From assembly GCA_964304625.1 (NCBI GenBank), contig OZ199838.1, forward strand, positions 15,676,929-15,740,928: DNA of 64,000 nucleotides, read 5' to 3'. A program made the position numbers and the translations under genes. The DNA is from Kudoa neothunni (lineage: Eukaryota > Animalia > Cnidaria). The notes under the pieces were generated by a model, which saw only the letters and a program-made list of their open reading frames with translations, made no database searches and was not told the DNA's origin. This document shows positions 13,542 through 25,010 of this stretch, piece after piece (the first letter of the stretch is position 1; each line of letters begins with the position of its first letter).

Positions 13542-14351
13542 TAATATCGCAATCCGTAAAACCCTTTGGATGGGGTTTTATTCAATATTTTAGCACTTGT
13601 AGGTGAGCAGAAATTTTAGCGAGAACCAAGACTCGAAAAATTAATTTATTACTTGATAAAATATTTATAGCAAAAGAACAATGAATATCAACTGAACCAA
13701 GGCTATGATTATATTGCTTATTTGAGAATCTCTTAATATGAGTGGCATCATTAAATCTAGTTATTACTTACGTTAGATGACGTACGCTAGGCTTCTCAAT
13801 CGTCAACAACAAAAAATAATGAAAATAGATTTTATTTATTAAAATATTAACTATACAATTTATAAAAAGAAAAAATTGATTTAATAACAATGATTCATCA
13901 ATACAGCATTAATTCTTACGCCTTTTAACCAGGGTTTCCCGCTAACACCCTTAATTTAGTTGGTACTTGTCGAAGGAAACCCATACAAAAAAATATGTTT
14001 TTAAATCCTATTAAATATATGGAAACACATAATAATTTGTGTTGCAGTTAGAAGTATCAACGTCTTTAAACCCCATTTTTAAAATTATTCCATTATATTT
14101 AGTTCATTTCTACTGATTACACCCCATAATAAAAGAAAATTCATAATATATATGAGTTTTCTTAAAAAATATGAATATTGTTCGCAATAGTAATAATTTA
14201 AAATATATTAACTTAAATTTAAATGAGAAAATTCAAGAGCTCTTATTATTTATAAATAGGGATCGCGGGATTTAACGTTTATTTTTGTTGAACATTTTAA
14301 ATAAAAAAATTTAGAACAAGATACCACGAAAAACTTTTCTTATCAAATAAC

Positions 14352-14883
14352 TTTTATTTACAAGGTCAAATCCCTGGCGCAACACATTAGGTTGTGAAGT
14401 TAGGTCTTCTCCATTTACGCTTTAGGCACCGCAGCGTCATATTAAGGCGACTTACATTTATGATGATGTAATTTACATTTATGATGTAATGTGGGGTTTT
14501 AACCCACTAAACATCCTCGCTCCTTCGCAACCACCATCCCAGCCATACCCTGGACAAATCCAGAATTAGTCTGGGAAAGTCGTCTCAATGCGGGTGTCGA
14601 CTTTACGGAAACCCCCTACACCTACAACTACAACTACTGATTGGGTTGTATATCGTTCCTGTATCCCTGCGTTTACGAGCCCCCAGTTCTACCTTTTCAC
14701 CAGGCCCCCCACCGAGCTGCAAGAAAGGCCGTGATAAATCGTAGACCCTTGCGATTATCACAGCCCTTCCATTTAATTTCGGATTAGGAACACAGGAATG
14801 CCCGGACTAGGCTTCGAACTCGCAATCTCATGGTATGCGATCTCGACCTAACGCCACTATACACTATGCCATATTGTCCAAGT
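14352..14883 (-). mobile_element. tRNA-derived SINE (composite), 12-bp TSD TTATCAAATAAC
   Basis: Identical 12-mers at 14340-14351 and 14884-14895. Minus-strand head GGAC..TGGCATAGTG (A-box)..AGTTCGAAGCC (B-box)..GTCC. GC-rich body with an RTE-like TTTAGTGGG..CCCAC segment. Confidence 0.75.
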
Positions 14884-15991
14884 TTATCAAATAACGATAG
14901 CAGCAGAACGCCGAGAGTAATAACAGACGCTAAATTTTTCTAGATTCTACCATTTTTTCTCTATCTAAAAACTGGCAGATGAATGTCTTGAAACACTTTT
15001 TTAACGAAGTATGTTTCTTTGACTTTATTTTCTTGTAAATTATATTTTGTTGTAGTGATAATTTCACATTGCAATATTTACAGTCTAATCCATTTTCCAT
15101 CTTCTTCTTATCGATCCATTCAACAAAAGAAAACTATCAATTTCTCTCCGGGTTCTAACCATTACAAATTTGCGAAAAATTTCGAATTGAATTTCCCCAA
15201 AAAATAAACGTCGAAACTTTTTAAAAATTCGACGTCTAAATTCGATTTTAATCGAAATCGCTGCCCTATTAATAAGGTAGTGGCTGTTGCAAAAAATATT
15301 AGTAATCCTAAATGCATTTACGCATGCGTTTATTCTATTTTTAATCGCGGTAACTCCCGTTTATAGATGATATATAAAGTTTGTTTTTTAGTACCTAATG
15401 TATTAAATTATTGTTGGCCCATCTACATCGCTTTTATGATCCAAAGAATCATTAACTACAGTCAAAACTACACTCACTTGGATATCATGATCCGTTGCAT
15501 TAGCCACTTCCTTTAGTCATACAACTAATAAATCCAAAATAATTACACCCTTGTATCTATCGAAATATATTATTGAATTATATCATTTTTAACGAAATTT
15601 TTATATAAATTAGTATCATGTATATGTTTTGGAGGGTGTAGTTTGTTTGCAAGTGTACGGACCCATTACGACATCAAAACCGCGTCCACAATGTGCTTCA
15701 TCTCATTGTTAGTCATTTGTGTATGCATTACATTATGTAATTAAAAACAAAATTTCAAATATAGAAAAATTTTCTTTAATTGGTGCGCATGACATTACGT
15801 TGTAATTTATTATTGCACAGTGAATCAGAATTTATTATTCTAAATCAAGACTATGCGATATTACAAAATTCACCAAAAATACTCATATGTTCTCATGAGA
15901 AAATCTCAGCAACTATAATGAATAGTATAATAATGAGTATTAATGTTTTATCCCGAATGCGTGCGTCACTTTAAGATATATAAGGGATATA

Positions 15992-16484
15992 ATGGATGAT
16001 GAATATGAAATTAATTCGGTGGGAGGTAGTTTAAAATTGAAACAACCGATAAAACAAGTAAAAAAGTAACGAATCCAACCTCTGCAAAACTTAACAGTTT
16101 GACTTCTAAGAGCCGGAAAAAAAAAGAAAACGAAAGAAAGAAAAAAAATAGTTCAAATGGAAGAAGATAACAAGGAGGCTAGCATAGCTGAGGTGATTAC
16201 ACCATCTGCACCAAAGACGAAACAAACAAAGACGGCTGCAGAAGTATCGTTTGAGAAAGCTCAACAAAAGAGGGTAAACAGTTGATAATACTTTTTTCCC
16301 TGACAAAATTCAAAATAGATGGAAGAAAGAATCAAGAAGAAGGCGCAAACTTCACACCGAGAGCAAGTGGAAGTAGATTAACTTGGAAAATGAATTTTTA
16401 TTCAATGATTTATAGAAATTGAATGAAAAATTGGAGAACCTTACAGAACATTACGATATTCCTAAAGTGAGTTGGACAAAATAA
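15992..16484 (+). CDS. FAM32A: FAM32A homolog, 4 exons
   Basis: GGSLKLK at the N-terminus, KTAAEVSFEKAQQKR, and C-terminal LTEHYDIPKVSWTK* after removing three short GT-AG introns. Confidence 0.92.
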
Positions 16485-16988
16485 TTCGGACTGTTACATA
16501 TCATTTTGTTACATTTTTATGTGATATATTTAATTTTTGTGTTGTTTGCTGATAATAATTATAACACGAGCTCTGTTGATCGCATATAATTGATTCATAT
16601 TAATTCGATTATGTATTGATTTTATGTGTAGCATGAGATGGAAAAAATAGTAGATGGTCGCGGAATACATTAACTATTAATATTGAGGTTATTGGGGATG
16701 AAATTGGGTTGATTTTTGATAAGCCATTCAATAAGGGTGATAATGTGGTTTTGGAATTAGCAATAAACCGATAAGAAATTAACAATTAATAAAAGTCGTT
16801 AACCAGTTTAAAAAATGTGGACCAAACATACCAATTTCCAAAATCGATATGACGATGATTGTACTCACTGTGAACAATTATGAGTATTGGAGTGGTCTCT
16901 AGAGAAACAATGCACCCAATAAAGCCATAAATAAATAGCATTAAGTATCCGCTTTCGACATGGACCGAAAATATATTAATTAATTCCT

Positions 16989-18060
16989 ATGATTGATGAG
17001 TGGTCAGGAAAGGTGTTTCGAATTGCAGTGATAGGTTGTCAGTATGTAGGAAAAACGTTTGCGATCCATAAATCATTATTGGAGGAAAAGTTGACACCAA
17101 ACGACTATGTAGGTGGAATTGGGCACCAGGGTTGTCCACTAACAGCTCTTATGTCTGTCTATGATTATGTCTGTGTCCATGATTATGTCTGTGTCTATGA
17201 TTATGCGTTGTGTTTAGGTGTATAGAAAAACCAGGGGAGACACCTATGAAATATTGTATTTACGTGAGAAAGGTAGCAGCAATCACACGAAAGATATTAT
17301 TCGATTATATGATACACCTCCATTAACTGTAAATAATGGATTTTTATTTTTTTCGTTAATAAATTCGGATGTAATTAGAACCAAAATCTAGAATCTATTT
17401 CAACTGTATACAATTATATTGCTGATGTAATTGCCACCTAGCCTATTCCTCCTCAATTACTACCTTATTTAAATGACACCTATAATTATTAAATAATATT
17501 ATTTAATAATTAGGCCTTTATATTGGTTTTCGATTTGGATAATATGAATTCGTTTGAATTGTTGGTAAAATTCCGCCAAAAAATACTCAGCAATAAATCT
17601 CCACCAAAAGTACTCATTTAATTATCAATTAAAACAACACATTTTAATATGCGAATCTAGAATTTGTTCCATTTAGTGGGTGTTAGCAAAACAAAGTTGA
17701 ATGTCTACGAAAATAAAGTATTAAATATAAATGCAGAAAATTGGGCTAGAAACGAAAAAATTGGTAACCACTTCACATATTTATCATTATTATCATTATT
17801 ATTATTATTATTACTAGACTAGACTAGACTAGACTAGATGTTTACACTGGGGCAATATTAATATTATTTTAATTTAGACTACATAGAAATCGACTCGAAC
17901 AAATGTACAAATTTCCTCTCATGTATTCGTCATCTTTCAGACAAATTAAGCAGTTGTGGTGTGTTATTGATTCTACTATTTCTATGAACTTTCCTTTATT
18001 AATTTTTGGGTTGATTTAGTCGGATCAGAAAATAAGAAAAAATTATTTCGTAAAAAATAA
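16989..18060 (+). CDS. NKIRAS: kappaB-Ras (NF-kB inhibitor-interacting Ras-like) small GTPase, 7 exons
   Basis: P-loop GCQYVGKT, IRLYDT, ADAFILVFDLDNMNSFELL and AENWARNEKI resemble NKIRAS1/2. Basic C-terminus without CAAX. Confidence 0.7.
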
Positions 18061-18072
18061 ACACAATCAATT

Positions 18073-18768
18073 TTATACAAAAATTATAGAACTGTTTTTA
18101 ATGATTCCTTCTTCAATAACCAACTCTTTTATGTTTAACAATTTGGCGGGAATATTATTGAGACACTCTTCTAATCCGCGCTCTTCATTCATTGTTTTAC
18201 TGTATGTGGGGCAAGGATCGTTATCGATTACATTAGGATTAAATGTGGGTTCATTATTGGTGGGATAATCACTCGGATTCGGGGACAACAACAGGTTGAA
18301 AATTTGTTGTTTTCTTGTAATCTGAGGATTTGATTGTCGTTGAGTTTCGTTAGAATATTTAAGGATTTTTTGAATAAAATCTACAGCTGTAGTTGTGGTT
18401 GAGTTGTTCATTGTGGGGATATTTTCAAAATTAACTGGATACAATTGTTCAACCAGTGCCAACATCAAAATATGCACACCAGCGTAAATCAACATCACTT
18501 TAAGTATATGCGTGCGCACATATGAGCTTAATTTTGAATCATGGCTCAACCGAAAGTGGTAGCAATTAAAGTAACATCTACCCACTGTGAAAATTAGCCA
18601 AATTCAATTTTACCGCACTTTAGATGCTGAGATTATTGGCATTAACTTCCGGAGTCTTGTATGGACTCCATCGATATAGTATTTTCGAGAAAAGTTGTTA
18701 TTGGTTATGAACCCCGCTTGTAGATTATTTGGAGGAGTTTTTCGAGATGAAAAGAACCTATGGTGCAT
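18073..18768 (-). CDS. Hypothetical protein with one predicted transmembrane helix; 5' structure uncertain, may extend to ~18980
   Basis: 170-codon open exon with the hydrophobic stretch ILKVMLIYAGVHILMLALV, joined in frame to an upstream exon by a GT-AG intron. No recognisable family. Confidence 0.45.
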
Positions 18769-19239
18769 TTCTACGCCATTATATCATGTTGGATAATAAC
18801 AAATATAAATTGAACCAAAGTGTTGAAGGTACCTTTTGTCGAGCTGATAATTTTCTCATAATTTGATGTTTAGAAAACGTCAAATTATTCGAATTTGATA
18901 CTTTAAGCCAGATTCCTGCCGCAGATTCATCATGAATAGCTATTTTACATTCTTCTAGCTTGTTTTTTGGTCATTTTCATTAATTAACACTCGTTATTTC
19001 TTATCTATATTCTGGCGATAACGATTTAGAATAGTTCTTAAATAATTGTCGTTGTATTTGCTGTTTGAAACTATTAAATGTGAAAATTTCAATGAATTTT
19101 AAGGCGCGAAAGAATATCCTCTTTACAACATTAGAAATGAGCAGATTAGATTTAAGTCATGATATCGGCAAAGTTGAATTCTGATGTTGCAAAGTTAGCA
19201 ATCAACTTTAATATAATTAAATTAGTTAGAATTTTCATT

Positions 19240-20640
19240 TAATTTTGGGGAGGCTTTTTCTTTTTCGTTGTCTCTTAATTACTGCCAAGCTATAACCTTT
19301 TGACCTCCCAACAGTCTTAACTTTACTAGGAAGTGTAAGATCTTAAACGTAATAATACTTGCTACACTAAGTTATATAATTTTAATTCTGGAGGGTTTAT
19401 TGATTCTCTGTTTTCGACATCAGTTATAATTTAATCCATAACTAAATTTTGTTTGTATCTTTTTCAATTCATTAATTACAATTTTACAGGAGAATGAAGT
19501 TAAGTGATCCCAATACTTTTTTTCAACCTCATTTTCAATATTCCTATAGGATGTCTTAGATAATTCGGTCATTGTACGGCAAGTTTTGTTTGCTCTGAAT
19601 GAATTCAAAAGAACCAAGAATTTTTTTATCATGCTCTTCAGTTTTGAACTAAGAGCTTTTAGTCGATTATTTGTTAAATTATTGTAAAAGTGTCGGGCTA
19701 TACTGAATGATATGATCCATTGTGATTTAATTGGTTCCCAATTTTTCTTGCAATAGATATTGAAATCCAAAATACTATAACTATGGAGCTCATCACATAA
19801 GTTTACATAGTCCACTTCATTTTAAGCATGCATCAATTTTTTAAGAATGCATAATATGGATTCTTTTGTTTCATTATTAATATTATATTTCGCAAGTTTT
19901 AACTATCGTTGAAAAATCTGTATAACGCGAAATTTACAAATAAACATCTCGGCATTGGAAAAATGATTTTTCATAACTTTCCGAAGTTTTAAATTCTTAT
20001 CAGTAACAATTGATATCAGTTCATGAATGTACCAGTCAACTACTACTTCGGTCTCCTCAAATATTGTACATGCACTATATAGGTGTGTCAAGCCCATAGA
20101 GTCTTCAGAAACCGTCAGATACAAGAGAGTCCTAAAATTAGGATAGATAACTTTAATATATTAAAATATTAAAAATAGCCGCGAGTCAAGTAATTTGTAG
20201 TTCGCGTCAATTGATATATGTTCTGGAAAAAATGAAATAACATCCTTCATTTTTTCATCCACGAATAGAATTGCACAAAGTCCGTTTGTTTCACCTGCTA
20301 ATATTCTAACATCACAATTATAATCTTCCTTTAGTAATTTATAAAGAAAGTTCATATCAATCTTCCGCGTAGATAGATTTATTTTGATATTATGTATAGA
20401 TTTCAATGTTATCATTTTACGAGTTTCTTGTTGGATTCTGGATTGAATCAATTTTTTGTTGGCGCACAAAAAAACTAGTTCCGACACTCTTTGATCATTG
20501 CGATCAAATTTTCGTATGGAGGCAAAGATTTAAAAAACCTTGGGTTTGTTTCATGATTTGTTTTTCTCGAATGTCCTTTGACCTGTCTCAATACCAATAC
20601 TGGTCAATAAAATAACAAACATATTTGAAGGAGTAATAGT
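19240..20640 (-). mobile_element. Decayed MULE (Mutator/ZSWIM3-like) transposase pseudogene
   Basis: FPEHISIDANYKL, IVTDKNLKLRKVMKNHFSNAEMFICKFRV, KNWEPIKSQW..NLTNNRL and LPSKVKTVGRSKG motifs spread over frameshifted ORFs. Confidence 0.8.
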
Positions 20641-21219
20641 TGAATTTTTTCGAAGAATCGGATCCTAAAATTAATTTTTCTAGATAATTTATTTTAATAA
20701 AAATTAATGTCCGTAATGCATCTATTTTTTGATGTAACTTTACAATATTCTTTTGATGATTACGAGTCTCCTCCTAAGACTATAGAAATTATAATAAATT
20801 TATTTATTCGACTGTTCATATGTTAAGTTTCTAGTAGAAATAGTCGATTAAGTTAGTTATGAATCGATTTTGAATGGAAATCTTATGCACCAATTCTAAA
20901 AAGTCCATACTCATCATATCAATCGATAAAATACGAATGAATATTAAAACGTATAATTAACTCGTAAAAACTAAATTTTGATATTTAAGCACTTTCTTGG
21001 AATGGCTTTATATAAAAAAAATACAAACCATTAACAATTCTTAGTGACAAATAACTCAACAAAGGGCAAGATCAGAAATCTTCAGCAATCGTTACTATTA
21101 AAATAAACCTAAAATGACATAATAAACTCTTAAAGTTCACATAAGCAATGCAAACAATCCACATTGTTAGGTGTAGTCACAAGCGTGCTCGGAGAGAACA
21201 CGCGAGAAACTCGGAGACA

Positions 21220-22335
21220 ATGGAGGGTACGAAAGTGGTTGGTGTTGGGAAAAAGCAGAAGAAGGTTCCCAAAAGTAAAGCTCCAAAGAAAAGCAAGTTA
21301 GTTCAAAACGTAAATGATTGTTTGTATAATTCGGAGTCAATAATTCCACTTTATTGTCATAGATCGGAGATTGTTTTTTGGAGTTCAAACTTTTATGTGT
21401 TTTCTCTGTTGACAACATGAGAAACGCAAGGTTGAAGACCATTCGAGAAAACGATAAAAATTGCAGGTAGCTTTTTCATTCGCATTTAGCATGTAGCATA
21501 CTTACGTGTCATGTTGCTTATGATATTTCTTCTCAAAAAATTTACCCGTATTATACACTCTAATGAACTAATTATGAACGCTCTACTTTATCAACTACAC
21601 ATATAAACAATAGAATATTAAATTTATTGCATCATAACCAAAGAAAATAAATTTCAATGGGTTTGCTTTGACTTAACACGCTCTGTAGATTCTTTATCGG
21701 TAACAACAAAGTAATGAGGATAGCTCTCAAAGATTACATGCCTGATGTGGAAAAATTCGATCAAGTTTATCTCATTTATCTCTAATATTTTCATTATATT
21801 TGATGATAGCAATTTAAAGGAGAGGTTGGCTTGCTGTTCACAAAATACACCCTTCCACAGCTCAACGAGTTATTCTTAACAATAACAACTCAAAATTAAG
21901 TAAACCTATAGGAAACTAGAAGAATGGGTCTATCCAGAATTCGCTAGGGCGGGAAACCCCTCGGTTGAGGACGTAACAATTCCAGAAGGTGAGTATTTAA
22001 TCCAATCGCGCACGCGAAACAAATAATTTTTTGTGAAAGGTGAGATAGAAGGACTAACCCAATCAATGGAATCTCAATTTCGATCACTAAATGTTCCTAT
22101 TGTGGTGAAGGATGGGAGGTTGTATTTAGAGGAGGAATTTCATGTGTGTTCCACCGACGACACATTATCTTCGACGCAATGCGCAATCCTTGTAATTTAA
22201 TCTCATGGGATTTCGAATGATTTTCACCATTAGAAAACATTCAATTTCAAAATGGCCGAGTTCAGAATCAACCCGATAGCAATGTACAAATTTGACGAAA
22301 AGTCGGATCGGTTTGTGGAAATCGATCTAGCTTAG
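21220..22335 (+). CDS. MRTO4: mRNA turnover protein 4 / ribosome assembly factor Mrt4; start may lie in further upstream exons
   Basis: VFSVDNMRNARLKTIR, RFFIGNNKVMRIAL, GEVGLLFT, EFARAGN, SMESQFRSL and MAEFRI after splicing. Confidence 0.9.
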
Positions 22336-22421
22336 TTTTGTTGTTATTAATTTTGTCACCGATTATTTCCGAGTATTTTAATTGCGCGCAGGTCTTATAA
22401 ATTTAACGCTTTCGGCTCGCG

Positions 22422-25010
22422 ATGGGTTCATATAAAAGTCCTTCCAAACACGACAATTTCTCGGATGAGGAGCGTCATGGTGGTTATCACAGAGAGCGCA
22501 AGGAAAGAAGACGTAGGGATGATTCGCGCGATTATGAGCGTCGAAGACGTCGAGACCGGTCACATGAAAGAAGTAGGAGAAGACGACGTGACAGTTCCGA
22601 TGATCGTCATCACAAAAGAGATAGGTCACCACGTAGGCGTAGTGATAAATTGCCACCTATAGTTCAAAGTGAAAGTTCCATTCCATCCCATGTGACTCCA
22701 ATGCTTTCGGAGTCGATGTCTCCGGTGACACATACAACTCTTACAGCTTCCACTAGTTCGATCACAACAAATGCATCTATTAGCACAGCTCCATTACAAG
22801 TAAAAAGAAGAAAAGCTAGCAGGTTTGCACCTGAAACAGACCGATTTTCTGTTCCAGGTATACCCGTCGCGATTGCCGCCGAAATGGATGAGAAACAAAG
22901 AAAGTTATATTTGAGTAAGTTGATGTGTGGTTGATAATATTTGAAAATCGGCATTTGTTTGTTGTAGCTCAATTGAGAATAGAAGAAATAGGGTTGAAAT
23001 TGCGTACGGGCAATCTCGGTTTGAATGACCCCTACTTCGAACGGTAACTCACATTGTGAAGATTACTCCATAATTGTAATAATTAGTTCACCTTCGCCGG
23101 AACCAATTTATAATTCAATGGGTGTTCGACAAAATACTCGTGAATTACGCGTTCGACAAAAGTTAGAAGATGAACGACACAAACTTATCAACGAAGCCAA
23201 AGAGCTCAATCCAGATTACAAACCTCCACTAGACTATAGGTGATATGTAATTTTAGGCGGGCCAATTTTAATCTCGTTCATCATTTAGACCAACATCTAA
23301 CAAAATTATCGATAAGGTCATGATTCCTCAAGATGTACATCCATCTATCAATTTTATCGGTTTACTGATCGGTCCTAGAGGAAACACGTTGAAGCGGCTT
23401 GAATCCGAATCCAATACCAAAATTATTATTCGCGGCAAGGGTTCTTTGAAAGAAGGCAAACTTCGTACACAGCCGTTGCCAGGTGAAGATGAGCCATTAC
23501 ATGCGCTTGTAACCGCCAACAATCCTGAGGATTTACGTAAAGGCATGGCATTGGTAAGGATTAATTTGGATTTTCCTCATTGTACACCCTTTCAATGTAG
23601 ATTCAAAGCATTATTGATGATGGTCTGGCCAATCCAGATGGAGATAATGAATTGCGTCGAATGCAATTAAGAGAACTTGCTCAATTAAATGGAACATTAA
23701 TTGCATCTGAAGTTTCTAGGTTGATTGTGCTTTGTGTTACGTTGTACATTAATGTTGTATAGGTGTAAGAATTGTGGTTCGTCTGACCATCGTCATTGGG
23801 AGTGTCCGCAGGCTAAAAACATTACCAACATCACCGTTTGTGAGAAATGTGGCGGTGGTGGTCACATTGCTTCAGATTGTATTTATGATGGGTATCTATT
23901 AATTCATTGTTTTAGTTGGGTTGCGCCATTTGATGTAATAATTTGTAACTGTCTCATTTGATGATTGATGAAATTTTAACCTTAATCGTATTTGTACATT
24001 AAGCACCGTTGTTAGGAATAAAATTTTAATGTTGTGTGAACACTCACCGCAGACCTGAGTTCAAATTGTTCCCTTGCGTTTGCGTCAATGTAGAATCAAA
24101 AACTATGTTTGTGATGTACGATTGTGATTATTGTTTGATTCGTTAACAGATTTGGAATCGGTCGTAAATTTAATTTCATACGTCAAATTTAAACTTTAGA
24201 ACTTTTCGCTGTTAGGGTTTAAAGGCTACTGCACGCACTGCGTCATGTAATTCCGTCTGTCTAGTTTTAGTGATAGTTTAGCAGTGTTGTTGGTTGATTA
24301 ATTAATTATTCTAACCTAGGGTTTTAGCTTGGCAACTTATTTGAATTTGATCCAGTAATATGTGCTTATTAAATTGTTTTAGTGAACGAGCTCAAACTGC
24401 AGAAGAAAAATCCAAACTGGATTCCGCATACAAAGAACTAATGACTGAATTAGGAGTTAAAAATGAAAGCGTCGGAGGCTCTGGTAATGGTGCTTTTGGT
24501 GGTGAATCCGATGGAAAGAATATTCCATCTATCCTTGCATTGGTATGGTTTTCGTTGCTAGGAATTGTTCTGTGATAATTTGATTGTTAGCCTAAAGTGG
24601 TGGTTTCTCAACTTCCCTGGGCAAATGCCGCGGGTGGTTTTCTTGGAACAAACCTTTCTGGACCTCAACTTTCGCTTCCTTCCACCACTATGCCATCTAT
24701 GCACAGTTCTATTCAGTCCATGCCATCTATGCATTACGGTGTGCCCTCCGCTGCTGCTATGGGATACCAATCCATGCAACCCGCCCACATGAGTTCCTTC
24801 GCTCCTGCGCCATTGGCAGAAGCATTTGGGTTGCCACAACCTACTGCCTACCCTCAAGTGCCTCCTCTATGGCCTAACATGAACCTATCCGATGCCACCA
24901 CTAACAGCGGTATACCTGTTTCCGAGCTCCCCAGTGGTTCCACGAATGATGCTGTACCCTTTACCCAGGCAGATAATAATCAAAACAATGAGGAGGCCTC
25001 AAACAACTAG
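22422..25010 (+). CDS. SF1: Splicing factor 1 / branchpoint-binding protein (RS-rich N-terminus, ULM, SPSP, KH-QUA2, two zinc knuckles)
   Basis: RSPSPEPIY, NTRE, NFIGLLIGPRGNTLK, KIIIRGKGSLKEGK, LRELAQLNGTL, two CCHC knuckles, Pro-rich tail. Confidence 0.95.

Noticed and set aside
13508-13790. TC-(TA)n start and hairpin-CTAG end suggesting a Helitron
   Set aside because: Termini are short and degenerate and no second copy is visible in the window.
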